Source of the DNA: Eledone cirrhosa
Lineage: Eukaryota
NCBI GenBank assembly: GCA_964016885.1
Contig: OZ024740.1
Span: forward strand, 43,648,001 to 43,712,000
Length of the DNA stretch: 64,000 bases
Direction: 5' to 3'
Of the stretch, positions 46,930-59,687 are shown in pieces. Position 1 is the first letter of the stretch; each line of letters starts with the position of its first letter. Under the pieces are notes generated by a model that worked only from the letters and a program-made list of their open reading frames with translations, was not told the origin of the DNA and made no database searches. Position numbers and translations under genes: made by a program.

Positions 46930-49900
46930 TAATTTCATTATTAAGCCACGCAATGCTCACATTAAGGAACCACTCATGATAATAACAATTTAAAAAAACA
47001 ACAAAAAAGAAAATCCCGTGACCAAGAAATACCGGGATGGCGGGGGCGGGGAATAGCCGTGTCTTTATGGGAGGACGACCCCTCTAGTCTTGTTGACACT
47101 CGTCCTAGAAGTGGTAACACGAAATGATTACCCCTTGGCGGATAAGGATAAAACGCGACAAAATAAAGTAAATGTCTAATGATAAAATCTCATACCGGAT
47201 CGGCCGTCACCCGGCTCAAAAAGGGCCGCGTCCCTCAGAGAGGAACCAGACTGGGGTCGAAAAATCAGCTAATGGTTCAAACCTTCCCATCACTTCGGAT
47301 CTGGAGACCTCCCATAACCGGAATACTCCTACTGTTGGCCCTCCATGCTCACCACCAAGAAATCCAGAGAAAAAGAGAGAAAAATGGTCAAGGGAAGATA
47401 ATAAAGAAGTCCTTGAGGGTTTCTACACTGCCATGTACTACCCATTAAATACATCGAATACAGAGCAGACATATATCAACTGGAAAAAGAAACATCCCGA
47501 AAACAGAGGCTATATTGATAGTAACAAACTAGCCAATATACGAAGAAATATTGTAAAAAGAGAATTATTAACTGATATAGAAATTGATCAGATCAAGCTA
47601 TTAGCACAAAGTCAGCGAAGGGAAAATGAAACATGTGTCAGTGAAAACGAGGTAAATTGTAACACTTCGAATCCCAGGGTTGGGGCGGAATCACTGACAA
47701 CAGAACAAATTAGAAAGGATCGAAAAAGTGGAGGGAGTGCATGCTCAAGATAAAACTCAAAATGAAAACAATGAGATCGTAAATGATAAAGAAATGAATG
47801 AGAATGAACTTGCCCACTTGAAGGATGAAATTATGATCGAATGGATGAAAATGAAAGAATCTGACATGGGGGAACGAGACACCTTCCCTAAGATCCAGAA
47901 CTCCACACAGAACCAAAAGATAATACACAAGACTAACATAATTCTCAAAAACATTATCATCACAAACAAACTAAACATTATTGATTTAAATCATCTCTAT
48001 TATGCATCGGCTAAAGTCACCACTCACTTATGTGGAGTGAAGATGAAAAAACAAAGGAATTCCCACAAAAAATCTACTTGGCAAGAGAACATCAATCGCC
48101 AAATAAACCTTCTCCGATCTTACATAGAAATTTTAACAAACTAAAAAGTAGGTGAACATGTTAAACAAACTAAACTTAGAAAATTGAAAAGAAAGTACAG
48201 TATAAAATCAACAAGTGACATAGACATGCTGATAGAAATAATCAAGCAAAAAGTGTCGGCCAAAGCTGCTCGTATAAGGCGCTTTGAAAAACGATCTAGA
48301 TTCTATAAGGACAATAATATGTTCAAAAACAACCAAAGAAACTTCTACAGAAAAATTGGTAAGTTAACAATAACTGCTAAATCAATACCACCCAAGGAGG
48401 AAGTGCAAGAATTCTGGGAAAAGATCTGGGCCGAAGAAAAAGTTCATAATATACATGCCCCATGGATAGACAGACAAATGAAAGATACAGCTCACCTTGA
48501 GGAACAAATATGGAAAAATATAACAGTTGAACAGTTGCGTTTGGCTCTAAGAAAAACCAGCAAATGGAAATCCCCAGGAAAAGACAAAATACAAAATGTT
48601 TGGATAAATGCCTTCACAGAGTATCATGAGCTGTTAGCCCAACTTTACAATGAAATAGTTAAGGAGCCAGAAAAGATACCATCATGGCTAGTTAACGGCA
48701 TTACATTACTGCTTCCAAAGAATGATGAGACAAACAATCCCAAAAATTACAGACCGGTAACTTGCTTGACCACAATGTATAAAATTTTAACATCAGTCCT
48801 AACTGAATATACATATGACCACCTGATAACACATGACCTATTTCCCATTGAGCAGAAAGGGTGTAAACGAGGCTCATATGGCTCTAAGGATCAGCTTTTG
48901 GTTAACAAAATGATACTGGAAGATTGTCATAATAGACACAAAAATCTATCAATTGCTTGGATAGATTATAAAAAAGCATTCGATAGTTTGCCACACAGTT
49001 GGATTGAAAAATGTTTAGTGATTTTCAAAATATCTCCCGTTGTCAGGAGGTTTTTATCATTCAGCATGAATACATGGAAAACGACACTCCTTTTGAATAG
49101 TGAAACAAAATCACTGGAAGCTGGAGAAGTTAATATTAATTGTGGAATTTTTCAGGGTGACTCTTTATCACCGCTTTTATTCTGCATCGCACTTATACCA
49201 TTAAGTAAAATGTTCAATGAAACAAAACATAGATATAAAGTGTATGACAAAACCATTAATCACTTGTTCTACATGGATGACCTGAAACTATTTGCAAAAA
49301 ATGATGAACAATTGCAAGGGCTATTATCCACTGTGGAGCAGTTCAGTGATGACATTAAAATGGTGTTTGGACTAGATAAATGCGCCAAAGCAACGTTCAC
49401 CAGAGGAAAGCTGCTGAAGAGTTCAGACATTAATCTTGATCGGGGGAACGTGATAAGAGAACTTGATCAAGAAAAAACTTACAAATATCTAGGTGTTTGT
49501 GAAGGAGACGGAATCAAGCACTCGACAATCAGAGAAAGGATAACGAAGGAATGTTACCGCAGAGTAAGAGCAATCTTAAGAACGGAATTGAATGCAAGGA
49601 ATAGGATCGATGCCAAAAACACGCTTGCCATACCAGTAGTAACCTACAGTTACAATGCAATCAACTGGTCAAGCACAGAGATCCGTAGGCTCGATACAAA
49701 AATTCGAAAATTCTTAACCATGCACAGAATGCATCACCCTAAGGCAGATACAGATAGAATATATCTCCCTAGGAAAGGAGGAGGACGTGGGTTAATCCAG
49801 TTAGACATTGCGTTGAAAACTGCAACAATTGGATTATCTACATATCTAAGGGAATCACATGATTGGATGATCAAACTCGTTTTGAAACACGAAAGCATCA

Positions 49901-50961
49901 AAAGATCATACTCCATTACAAAAGATGCACAAAGATACAGTAATGGACTACAAATTTCAGAAGTCCCATTTACTGCTGAAATGGAAAACACAGAAAAAGC
50001 AAAGCAGGTAAAAGTAACTGCAAAGAAAGAACTGCTACAGAAACTGGCTAAGAAATGGCAAGAAAAGCCTCTGTATGGAAAATACCCAGAACGAGCTAAC
50101 AATCCTGATGTTGACAAAACTTTAACTCATCAGTGCTTGGCATCCTCTGGACTGAAATCGGAGACTGAAGGACTGATTATATCAGCACAAGATCAGTGTC
50201 TGCCAACAAAAAATTACCAAGCCAACATAATAAAAAATGGATGCAGCCCATTATGCCGTGTATGCAAAAAACAACCAGAGACCATTGACCATATAATTTC
50301 AATGTGCAGTCCTATAGCTCCAACCGAATACCTAAACAGGCATGACAGAGCTGCACAATACATACATTGGATAATGTGTAAGCATTTTGACCTGCCCCAT
50401 CAAAAGTATTGGTGGGAGCATCAACCACCTCCCATACTTGAAAAAGATCACATCTCAATCTTGTGGAACTTAAGCATCCAAACAGACCGAAAAATAGATG
50501 CAAATAGACCTGATATAATATTGAAGGACTTTAAAAAGAGGGTATGCCTGCTAATTGATATGTCCGTTCCAATAGACAAGAATGTATCTATAAAAACATT
50601 TGAAAAATTGAGCAAGTATAAGGACTTGGAGATAGAAATTGAAAAAATGTGGAAATTGAGAACTAAAACAATACCAGTGGTTGTAGGCGCTCTAGGAATG
50701 ATACCTAAGGGGTCTAATGATTACTTATCGCAAATCCCAGGAAACCCGCGTATAGGAGAAATACAAAAGATAGTACTAATGGGAACTCCCCATATACTAA
50801 GGAAGATTCTGTCAGTATATCACAAGTCTAAACACCTAAAGATGCATGTGTGAGTATGTATGTCCTTTCTTGAACGTTGGCAGACCTTGTTGTCTCTTGA
50901 GGTCACTGGTTGTGACTTGGTGATAACATTGTATGAACATAAAGCAAGATAAATGCAGCTG
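46930..50961 (+). mobile_element. R4/Dong-like RLE non-LTR retrotransposon, near full-length (5' boundary uncertain, between 46688 and ~47010)
   Basis: Single long ORF architecture, short 3' UTR, (TAA)n tail at 50962-50980. Confidence 0.9.
47172..50853 (+). pseudogene. RT plus restriction-like endonuclease ORF; one frameshift (~47730-47750) and one stop (48142-48144); 889 aa remain open
   Basis: KSPGKD, NYRPVTCL, IDYKKAFDS, GIFQGDSLSP, FYMDDLK; CRVCKKQPETIDHIISMC; RHD, RPDI, LIDMSVP, KLSKY. Confidence 0.93.
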
Positions 50962-50980
50962 TAATAATAATAATAATAAT

Positions 50981-53900
50981 GATTTCATTTATTGGCCACA
51001 AGGTCCGACATATAGGGGACAGTGGGGTTTTACAGAAAAATCGAGTAAACAAAATGAATAAACAAAGTAACAATAACAAAGTAACAATAAATTAACAATA
51101 AAATTACAACAAGAAAAAATTCCACAATAGGGGGGATGACCACCTAGGGTTTGCTCAGGTACCCCACCAGTCCTGAACGACCCGACGCTTCGAGAGCACC
51201 CTGGAAGGGCACCCCTTTCCTCTTCAAATTTACCTACCTACAGCTGCATGACCAGAGTAGGCCCACTCAAACGGGCCATTCTCGCCACATTCATCCACCT
51301 TTCAGCAAATGTACTGGGGGGCAACACTTCTCTCTCCACCCTCATCTTCCTTTCCAAGTGAAACTTGAAAAAGTTGATGAGGGATTGGCCGAAGAGAAAA
51401 GTGTCTGTCTTCAGTCCTTTCAACGTCGTCCACCATGCAACCTCTTTCGCTACTGCCACCAGACAGAGGAAAATTGCCTGCCCTTCCTGGCCAAAAGAAG
51501 GCGGCGGGTCGATCTTCACTATGGACTCGGCCGATAGCCGGATCTGTTCTATACGCGACAACAGCTGTTCAACATAACTCCACAAGTCAGTAATGCACGG
51601 ACACTGGACGAATGCGTACAGAACGGTTTCGTCGCTCTGTGCGCATCTCGGACAGGTAAGTCTGACAGCACTTCCGTGTCTGTAGAGTTTATCTCGAACC
51701 GGCAGTGCCCCCCCCCCCCCTGTAGCATTGCCAAGCGAGGGATTTTTGGAAATTATCCACCGTCTCCGGCTCGAAAGTCTTCCGGTACAGACTGATTAGT
51801 TCGACTTCGTTGACTCCCAGAGCCTCTCCGAGTGCGTCGTCGCACTTGCCCACCCCTAATCCTCTATAGAACTCGAGAGTGGAAGTTCCACTGACCGCTT
51901 TGCCAGCCTGGTAGAGGGCAGTGATTGCCTGGAAACATTCCAGATGCCAGTCACCCAGTCTCGGTCTCTTCTTGACCCAGGACTGCAACTCAGTCAAAGA
52001 AACGAGTTGCGGAAAGGCCCGTCTGACAAACGGCGACCACACCTGTTCACCATTTAGGCAGAATATCTGGAGATGCCGCAGCCTCAGCGCGTGCCTGCGC
52101 ATCATTAGCCACGGCCTGCCCAGCCCTCCACGTAGAGGGTGCTGGCAGCAGATGGACCACCTCACCAGCGGAACCTGACCCCTCCACAAGAATTTGAAGA
52201 GGAGCCGCTCCAAGATGGCGAGGCGCGAACGGGGCAAGGGACGACAGTCAGACGGTAGTATGACGGACGCGATGTACGCGTTCGCCACATCCGCCCGACC
52301 TTTCAGTGATAGCTTCATCCCAGCCCATTTCTGGGTGAGACTGGCTACCCTGCCCGTCACCTTGTCCAAATTCTTATCCACCTGGAGGTCTGGCCCGAAC
52401 CAAACCCCTAGGAACTTTACCGGTCCGTCCGTCCAGCGCCTAACGACGCTGTTGGACGGCAAGGACTTGCCTCTCCAGGTGCCGAGTTGCAAGCCTACTG
52501 ACTTTTCCGGGTTAAGTTTTGCTCCCGTCAACCTTTCATATTCCTCCAATATGTTGCCGACCACCCCGATTTCTGAGGTGTCCGACACCATCACGGTGAT
52601 GTAGTCCGCATAAGCCGACACAGTCTTTCCGCGCCCCGGTTAGAGCGGGATGCCCTGCAACCGCTCCAGCTTCCGCAGTAAAGGCTCGAGAGTCAATACG
52701 TACAGAAGCGAGAAGAGAGGGCACTGAAACGGTTCCGAGAGGTGGCCATTAATTTTGACCATCGAGCAGGTGCCGCTATGCATCGCAGCGATCCAGCTTC
52801 TGTAGACGGGGCCGAAGCCAGCAGCCTTGAGGAGAGCCTCCAGGTACCGATGGTCGACACTATCGAATGCTTTCGATTGATCTAAATTGATCAGAGCCCC
52901 ACCGAAGCCAGGTTTACACCCTACCCTCTCTATGATGTATCGCATTAGGTGTAGGTTGTCGTGTATGGACCTGGTTGGGTTGCGCAAGTTTGCGCCTCCC
53001 CAACCAAATACCCGACGACAAGCGCCAACCTCTTCGCTAAGCCCTGGCCAAAATCTTAAACTCTGTGTTGAGCAGAGTTATGGGCCTGAAATTATCTAAT
53101 GTGTCCCTCTTGTTCTCGTCTTTCCTTATCAGTGTCATTACGCCCCGGCTCACAGAACTGGTAATACTCCCGTTTTGCTGCCAGTTGCAGTAGAGGGCTT
53201 CGAGGAGATTGGAGAACAAGTCTGGCATATTTACGTAAAGCTCGTAGGGCAGACCATCCAAACCGGGTGACTTGCGCCTCATGCAGCCTACAAGCGCATC
53301 CTGAATCTCGACTGAAGTAATTGGCCTTTCGCAGCGCCGTCCAGCGTCAGTCGTCAAGAGTTGCGGCAAGCCATCAAGGTAGGGACTGAAGTCCGCCACC
53401 ATCTCTGACCCGCCACTTCCCCCGAACAACCGAGTAATTGTAGGCGAAAGGCCTCACACGTCCTCTTGGAATCGTTGAGCTCGTGCCCGTCTCGGTCCGT
53501 CAAAGACCGAATCGTGGTTTTATTACCACGCTGCGCCTCTGCCACGCGGGCCCATCGGACAGCTTTGGTTCCCTCGTTTCTCAGAGCACGCGCCTTAGCT
53601 CTGACAATGCAACCTTCGTGTTTCGCATTGAAGAAATAGTCTAATGCCATTCTCGCTGCTAGCACGTCAGTTGCAATGCCACTACCAATAGCTTCGTCTA
53701 ACTTATCTACCAACTCTCCCTCCTATCTATTTTTCTCTAATGCTACTTCTTTGCTAAACTCTATCGACATTACTCTAATCTCTCTTTTGAGAGCCCGCCA
53801 CCATCTATTGTTGACGACTCCTCCTGTCAACTTTTTCTTAACTAAATTGTTGACCTGGTTCCTGTAAGCCTTACGTGCCGTAAATGACATGTTTAGCTTC

Positions 53901-56881
53901 CAGTAACCAGGTACTAACCTACGCGTCTTATCTAGGTCGACCATACAGATCACAAACTTGTGATCTGAATAGGCGACCGTTTCAAAACGTGGACAGCTTA
54001 CACTATTTCTGTCTATTTTCCTAATGAATATCCTGTCTATATACGATCTAGATGACCCTATGCGGTTAGCCCAGGGCCACACTGGCGCATTAGGGAAATC
54101 TAGTCGGTTCCTCTCAGACAGTTGGAACTGGCTGATCAGGTTCTTGAGGCTTTTGCACCCCCCGCTCCTATCGGATACTCCCACACAGTCCCAGCGTGCG
54201 TCTAAGATGCCGTTCCAGTCCCCTGCTAACAGTAAAGGGCGAGACGTACCCAGAAAGTCTTCCAGGCGTCTAAAGAGGTCCGACCAACCTGCCCCAGTAG
54301 GAGCATAGGCGGCCACCAGTCTAAAGGCACCACCTTTATTATTATTAAAGGCACATCATTATTGTTCACGTCCAGAACCACCAACTTCCCGTCCGGGTCC
54401 CGGAAGATCAACCTTACCTCGAGGTCCAGGCCTTTCCTAAACAGCACTGCCACCCCTCCTCCCATTCCCGGCCGGCTAACAGATGCAAAGATCTGATAGT
54501 CGTCGAAAATGGGGGCTAGTGCGCGCGTGTCGGAAATCCTGGTCTCGCTGACTGCAATTACATCCATTTCTATAGACCCGAGGTCGTTGAGCAGGTGACC
54601 CTACTTCCAGGACGATCCCCGGCCTCGAACATTTAAACATCCTACTCTTAATACGGCCATGTTGGCAGGTTAAACAGAGAGAGAGGAAGGTTTCCTTACC
54701 TTCTGGGCTCTTGTGAAGGTCGGGTTGTTCGACCTCCATAGTTAGTGGTTGTTTCTTTTGGGAACCCCCTTAAAAGTCTTGAAGTGGGTTTTACGTTCGG
54801 GATTCCCACGTACCAAGGAAAGCTGTCTCGTATTTCTTTGAATATGTCGAGCGACATTCGCACCAGAACCAAATCTTCCGGCACGCGAAATGTGCTCGAT
54901 TTAAAAATTTCCCCCTCTTTTTGTATATTTTCACTTTGTGCAACGAGGGCCATCAGTTCCTTGTTGGCCCTCCTGACGAGCACGAAGTTTTGTATGTTTT
55001 GTTGGTGTGATTTTATTTGTTTGCGTGGCTGTGGTGGTGATGGTTTTGGTGGTGTTGTTTCGGTTGTGTCTGTGTTTGTTGTGAGTGCGGTGTCTGTGGT
55101 TTCAGATGTTTGTGTGTATATTTGTTCTTGCGTCTGTTTCGGTTGTTTGCGCCTGGGGGATTCTGGTGATGGTGATGGTGGTGTTGATGTTGGTGTTATT
55201 GGAGAGATGTTTGCGTAGGTGGTGTCTGCGTTTTTTTATTGTGGGTGATTTTGAGCTTTGTTGATTTTCTTTTTTCTTTTTGTGTTTCCTTTTTTGGATT
55301 TTGGTGGATTTTGGATTTCGCTCATCTTCACTACTGGTAGATGAGGGGTCTGTGTCTGTAAGTGTGTCTGTATGTATGTTTAAGGTTTTATTGGTGTGTG
55401 CATTTTTGGGGGGATGGGCAATTTGACAGCTTTCCTTGATTCTTCCCTGGGTGGTCAATGTTGGTGGTGGTCTTTCTATTGGTGTTGTTGTTGGTGGTTT
55501 TGCCGGTGCTGGTGTTGGTAGTGATCCTCGCCCCGGCGTCGGCTGCAGTGGAGCCTTTCGACCTCTTGCCTCTTTCAGCAGTTGAGGGCAGAAGACTCGC
55601 AAATGGGTTTTTTCCCCACAAACAAAACACTGCGGCCTTTTGCTTTCGGTCATAATGTGAATGACAGTCCCATTCTGAAGTCGGATGTGGTCTGGGATTG
55701 TCTTCACATTCTCGGGCCTGATCTGGAGAAGGATCTCCAGGTCAACCCCGGACCAGTCCTCTCTGGATGTTCTGGTCACTTCTATAGGGACTGTATCCGT
55801 CCCCTCCACAATCACACATCCCAGAAGCCACCACATGTCAAGTCCTGGTGAGATTCTGGGAATGCGGAGACGGGCCGTTCTTTTTCCCATGTGGGAGGGG
55901 TACATTATGACCTTGCTGGTTTTGCAAGGAGTCATGGCGTGTTTCATCGCGAGGGCTTCTGACTTGAACCATATCGAAATGGTGCCGTACTGTCTGCCCT
56001 TCTCTATGTACTGGGTGTCTTCTCTGATGCACCTCAGCGTGACTTCGAAATCTTCTTGTTGGATTAACGCTGCCCTTTTGGTTTATGCTGAGATGCATCT
56101 ATAATGCACCGTTTGGCGCTCCACTGCCTCAATAGCTTCTACCGGGACAGTTAAGTTGGCCCAATTTTGCACTTGCTTGATGAGCATCCATGCTTGGGCC
56201 AACTTTTCATCTTTGTTTGAGAGGTCCATGTTGAAGCATGGCCTCTTTTTTGCTGCTGCCGCAGCGAAAGTGGTCTTGATTTCGTTGGGGGTGTTGTTGA
56301 CATTGTTCTTGTTGGTGTTGTTGTTAGCACTGTCATTTGGTGTTAGCACTGTCATTGTTGTCTTTGCTGCCACCGTTGTTCTCGGTGCAGTTGGTATTGT
56401 TGCTGTTGGTGTTGTCGCTATTTGTTTTCATGTTAGTGGTGTTAATATTGTTGTTGTATTTGTTATTTTTTTTTATCTGTATTTTCGTTGTCGCTGTTAC
56501 TGTCATTTTTTTTCAAATTAGAGTTCTTATTGGTATCATTGGTGTCTTTGTTTACCTTGTTTGTGGTGGTGTTTGTGTTATCAATGTGTGTTAATTTTGC
56601 TGTAGTGCTCCTCTCAACTTCTACGTCGTTGTCGCACGAGAGCCGACATATCGCTGGGGGGCGTGGCTCAGCCATTTTCTTTTTCTTCGTAAATTTTTTA
56701 ACATGTAAAAAAAAAGTTCAAATATTTGGGCCAAAAGGCCCAAATATTATACTTTCCCCTTCACGGGGCAAAGTCTAAGGGCTTATATCCCTCACACAAC
56801 AAGAAATATTTAACAACAAATAATTTAAACAGGCAAATAAAGCGACTTACTGTGAGCGAGCAAAATACGTCCGCTTAGACC
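50981..56881 (-). mobile_element. Full-length Tx1-clade element, lineage A2 copy c, degraded
   Basis: ORF2 fragments within 51238-54660; ORF1 fragments within ~54696-56675; (AAT)n flanks. Confidence 0.95.
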
Positions 56882-56901
56882 AATAATAATAATAATAGAT
56901 A

Positions 56902-57410
56902 GATTTCTTTATTTACCATAAAGGCATAAAAAGAAGGGACAAATACAAAGGGGGGGTTTACATATAATCGAGTAAAAAGGGTGTAACATGAAAATAATCG
57001 AAAATAACCTCAAAAGGGAGGGGACGTGATGGGGGTTGCACACACCCCCGAAAAAGTGTGCAATCCTTTGCCCGGGGAGCACATGGAGAAGGTGCTCCCC
57101 TCTCCTTTACTTCTTTACCTACAGGATGGTATACAGAGAAGGCCCATTTACACGAGCCATTCTCGCCACTATCACCCACCTTTCATAAAACTGCCTGTGG
57201 CCAAGCACCTCTCTCTCCATTCTTATCCTTCTTCCGAAGTGATATCGGAAGAAGTAGACCAGACTATGGCCAGAGAGGAAGTTGCCTGACCTCAGACCTT
57301 TCAATCGTGTCCACCAAACAACCTCTTTCAACATGGCTATTACGCACAGAAAAACCGCCTTTGCTTCCTTTGTGAAGAGGGGAGGCGGTTTGATTGTCAT
57401 CACGGACTCG
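56902..57410 (-). mobile_element. 3' fragment of a divergent Tx1 lineage (E)
   Basis: ORF2 C-terminus PPPLFTKEAKAVFLC..WWTRLKGL..ARMARVNGPSL; 3' UTR ending AATAAAGAAATC. Confidence 0.9.
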
Positions 57411-57873
57411 AAAACGATGATAGAAAACGATCAGCTGAAGGTACTGTGGGATTTTAGGATACAGACGGACAAGAAACTGGAACACAATAGACCTGACCTG
57501 GTGGTTTGGGACAAAGAAAAAAGATCGTGCCTGATTGTGGATGTGACCTGCCCATTCGACACGAGAATGCAAGAGGGGGGAGGGAGAAAATTAACCGATA
57601 CCAGGAATTAAAGTGGGAGGTAAAAAGGATTTGGAACTGCCATGAAATCAAAGTGGTCCCGATTGTCATAGGCGCACTAGGTACTATCTCAAAATGTTTC
57701 CAGGGATGGTGAAAGAAAATTGGCCTCGCCCCGCTTTTTTGAACACTTCAAAAGGAATGCTTGCTGGGAACAGCAAGAACCCTCCGATACGTCCTGAATA
57801 TCTGAGCCTGCAGGTAGTGGCTTCATTTCAACAAACTTTCCAGTTAAATAACATCAATGACTGAGACTCAAAG
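57411..57873 (+). mobile_element. 3' fragment of a second R4/Dong-like family
   Basis: LWDFRIQTDKKLEHNRPDLVV..LIVDV; 3' UTR matches ~59570-59647; (AAT)n tail. Confidence 0.9.
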
Positions 57874-57903
57874 AACAATAATAATAATAAAATTAATAAT
57901 AAT

Positions 57904-59646
57904 AGACCATTATATTGCGAAAAGTGAGAGCAGGAAATTTGTTGAGCAAAAGTATGAAGTCCTGGAAAACAGAGTTAACATCAGCTGGAGAATCCTTGGG
58001 AGGCGTGAAGATCAAGAGAGTTATCTTCCAGGGACATAGTCTTCCCCTCTGTTGTTTGTCCTTGTCCTGTTGCCCCTGACCATTATACTGCAAAAAGTGA
58101 GAGCAGGATACAAGTTGGGAAAAGGAAAGCTTACCATCAACCACCTCCTCTTCATGGACGATCTTAAGCTCTTCGGGAAGAGTGAGAAGGAGTTGGATGT
58201 ACTTGTTGACACTGTCCGTATTTTCAGCAATGATATATGTATGCAATTTGGTATTAGTAAGTGTGGAGTCCTAGTGATGAAGAGGGATAAATTGAGCAGA
58301 AGCAACGGAATCTAGGTACCAACAGGTGAGATGATAAAGGAAATTGACACTGAAGAAGGATATAAATATTTAGGTGTTCTGGAGGCAGATGACATCAAGA
58401 ACAAAAAAATGAAGGAATTGATAACATCTGAGTACATTAGGAGAGTAAGGAGCGTATTAAAACCACATCTAAATAGTAGGAATGTCACGAGTGCAGTGAA
58501 TTCCCGAGCTTTGTCTATTATTAGGTACAGTGTGGGAATTCTGAAATGGAATGTTGATGAACAAAAAGAAATGGATAGGAAGACTAGGAAACTATTGACT
58601 ATCTACAACATGTTCCACAAGAGGAGTGATGTCGATAGACTCTACTTAAGGAGATCTGAAGGTGGAAGAGGTCTTATCAGCATAGAGGACTGTGTTCAGA
58701 TGGAGAAAAACAACCTGCACAATTACGTGAGTGACAGTAGGGAGCCAATGCTCAAAATTGTACTGAAGGAGGGGACAATATACCAGGGGATGTCCAAGCA
58801 GGAAATAACAACAAAGAGGAAGAGCAACCTTCATGAAAAATCCCGTCATAGTACCTTCTTTAAGAAAACTGAATTTAGAGATCCACAGACATGGAACTGG
58901 TTAAAATGAGGAGACCTTAAAAAGGCTACAGAAGGAATGCTAATGGTTGCGCAAGAGCAGACCCTCAGAACGAAGTGGGTGAAACACCATATTTACAAGG
59001 AGGAGGCTAGCCCACTGTGTAGGATCTGTGGAGAGAGAGAGGAGACTGTGGCTCACATTGTATCCGAGTGTAAACACCTAGCCCAGACTCATTATAAAGG
59101 CTGGAGACATGATGTGATGGGCAGGGTGATCCACTGGCACCTATGCAAAGTAAACAATTTACCATATTCTGAGAAGTGGTATGAGCATAAGCCAGAGTGA
59201 GTGATAGAAAACGATCATATTTTAGGATACAGACGGACAAGAAACTGGAACACAATAGACCTGACCTGGTGGTTTTGGACAATGAAAAAAGATCGTGCCT
59301 GATTGTAGATGTGGCCTGCCCATTTGACACGAGAGTGAAAGAAAAGGAGAGGGAGAAAATTAACCGATACCAGGACCTAAAGTGGGAGGTAAAAAGGATT
59401 TGGAACTGCCATAAAGTCAAGGTCGTCCCGATTGTCATAGGCGCGCTAGGTACTATCTCAAAGAGTTTCCAAGGATGTTTAAAGAAGATTAGTCCAGCCC
59501 CGCTTTTTGGAACACTTCAAAAGGCATGCTTGCTGGCAACAGCATGAGCCCCCGATACGTCCTGTATATCTGAGGCTGCAGGTAGTGGCTTGATATTCAT
59601 TTCAACAAACTTTCCAGTTAAATAACATCAATGACTGAGACTCAAA

Positions 59647-59647
<1 letters not shown>
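57904..59647 (+). mobile_element. 5'-truncated copy of the second R4/Dong-like family
   Basis: LFMDDLKLF, YKYLG, GGRGL, CRICGEREETVAHIVSEC, RHD, RPDL; multiple stops; followed by (AAT)13 at 59648-59686. Confidence 0.93.
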
Positions 59648-59686
<39 letters not shown>

Positions 59687-59687
<1 letters not shown>

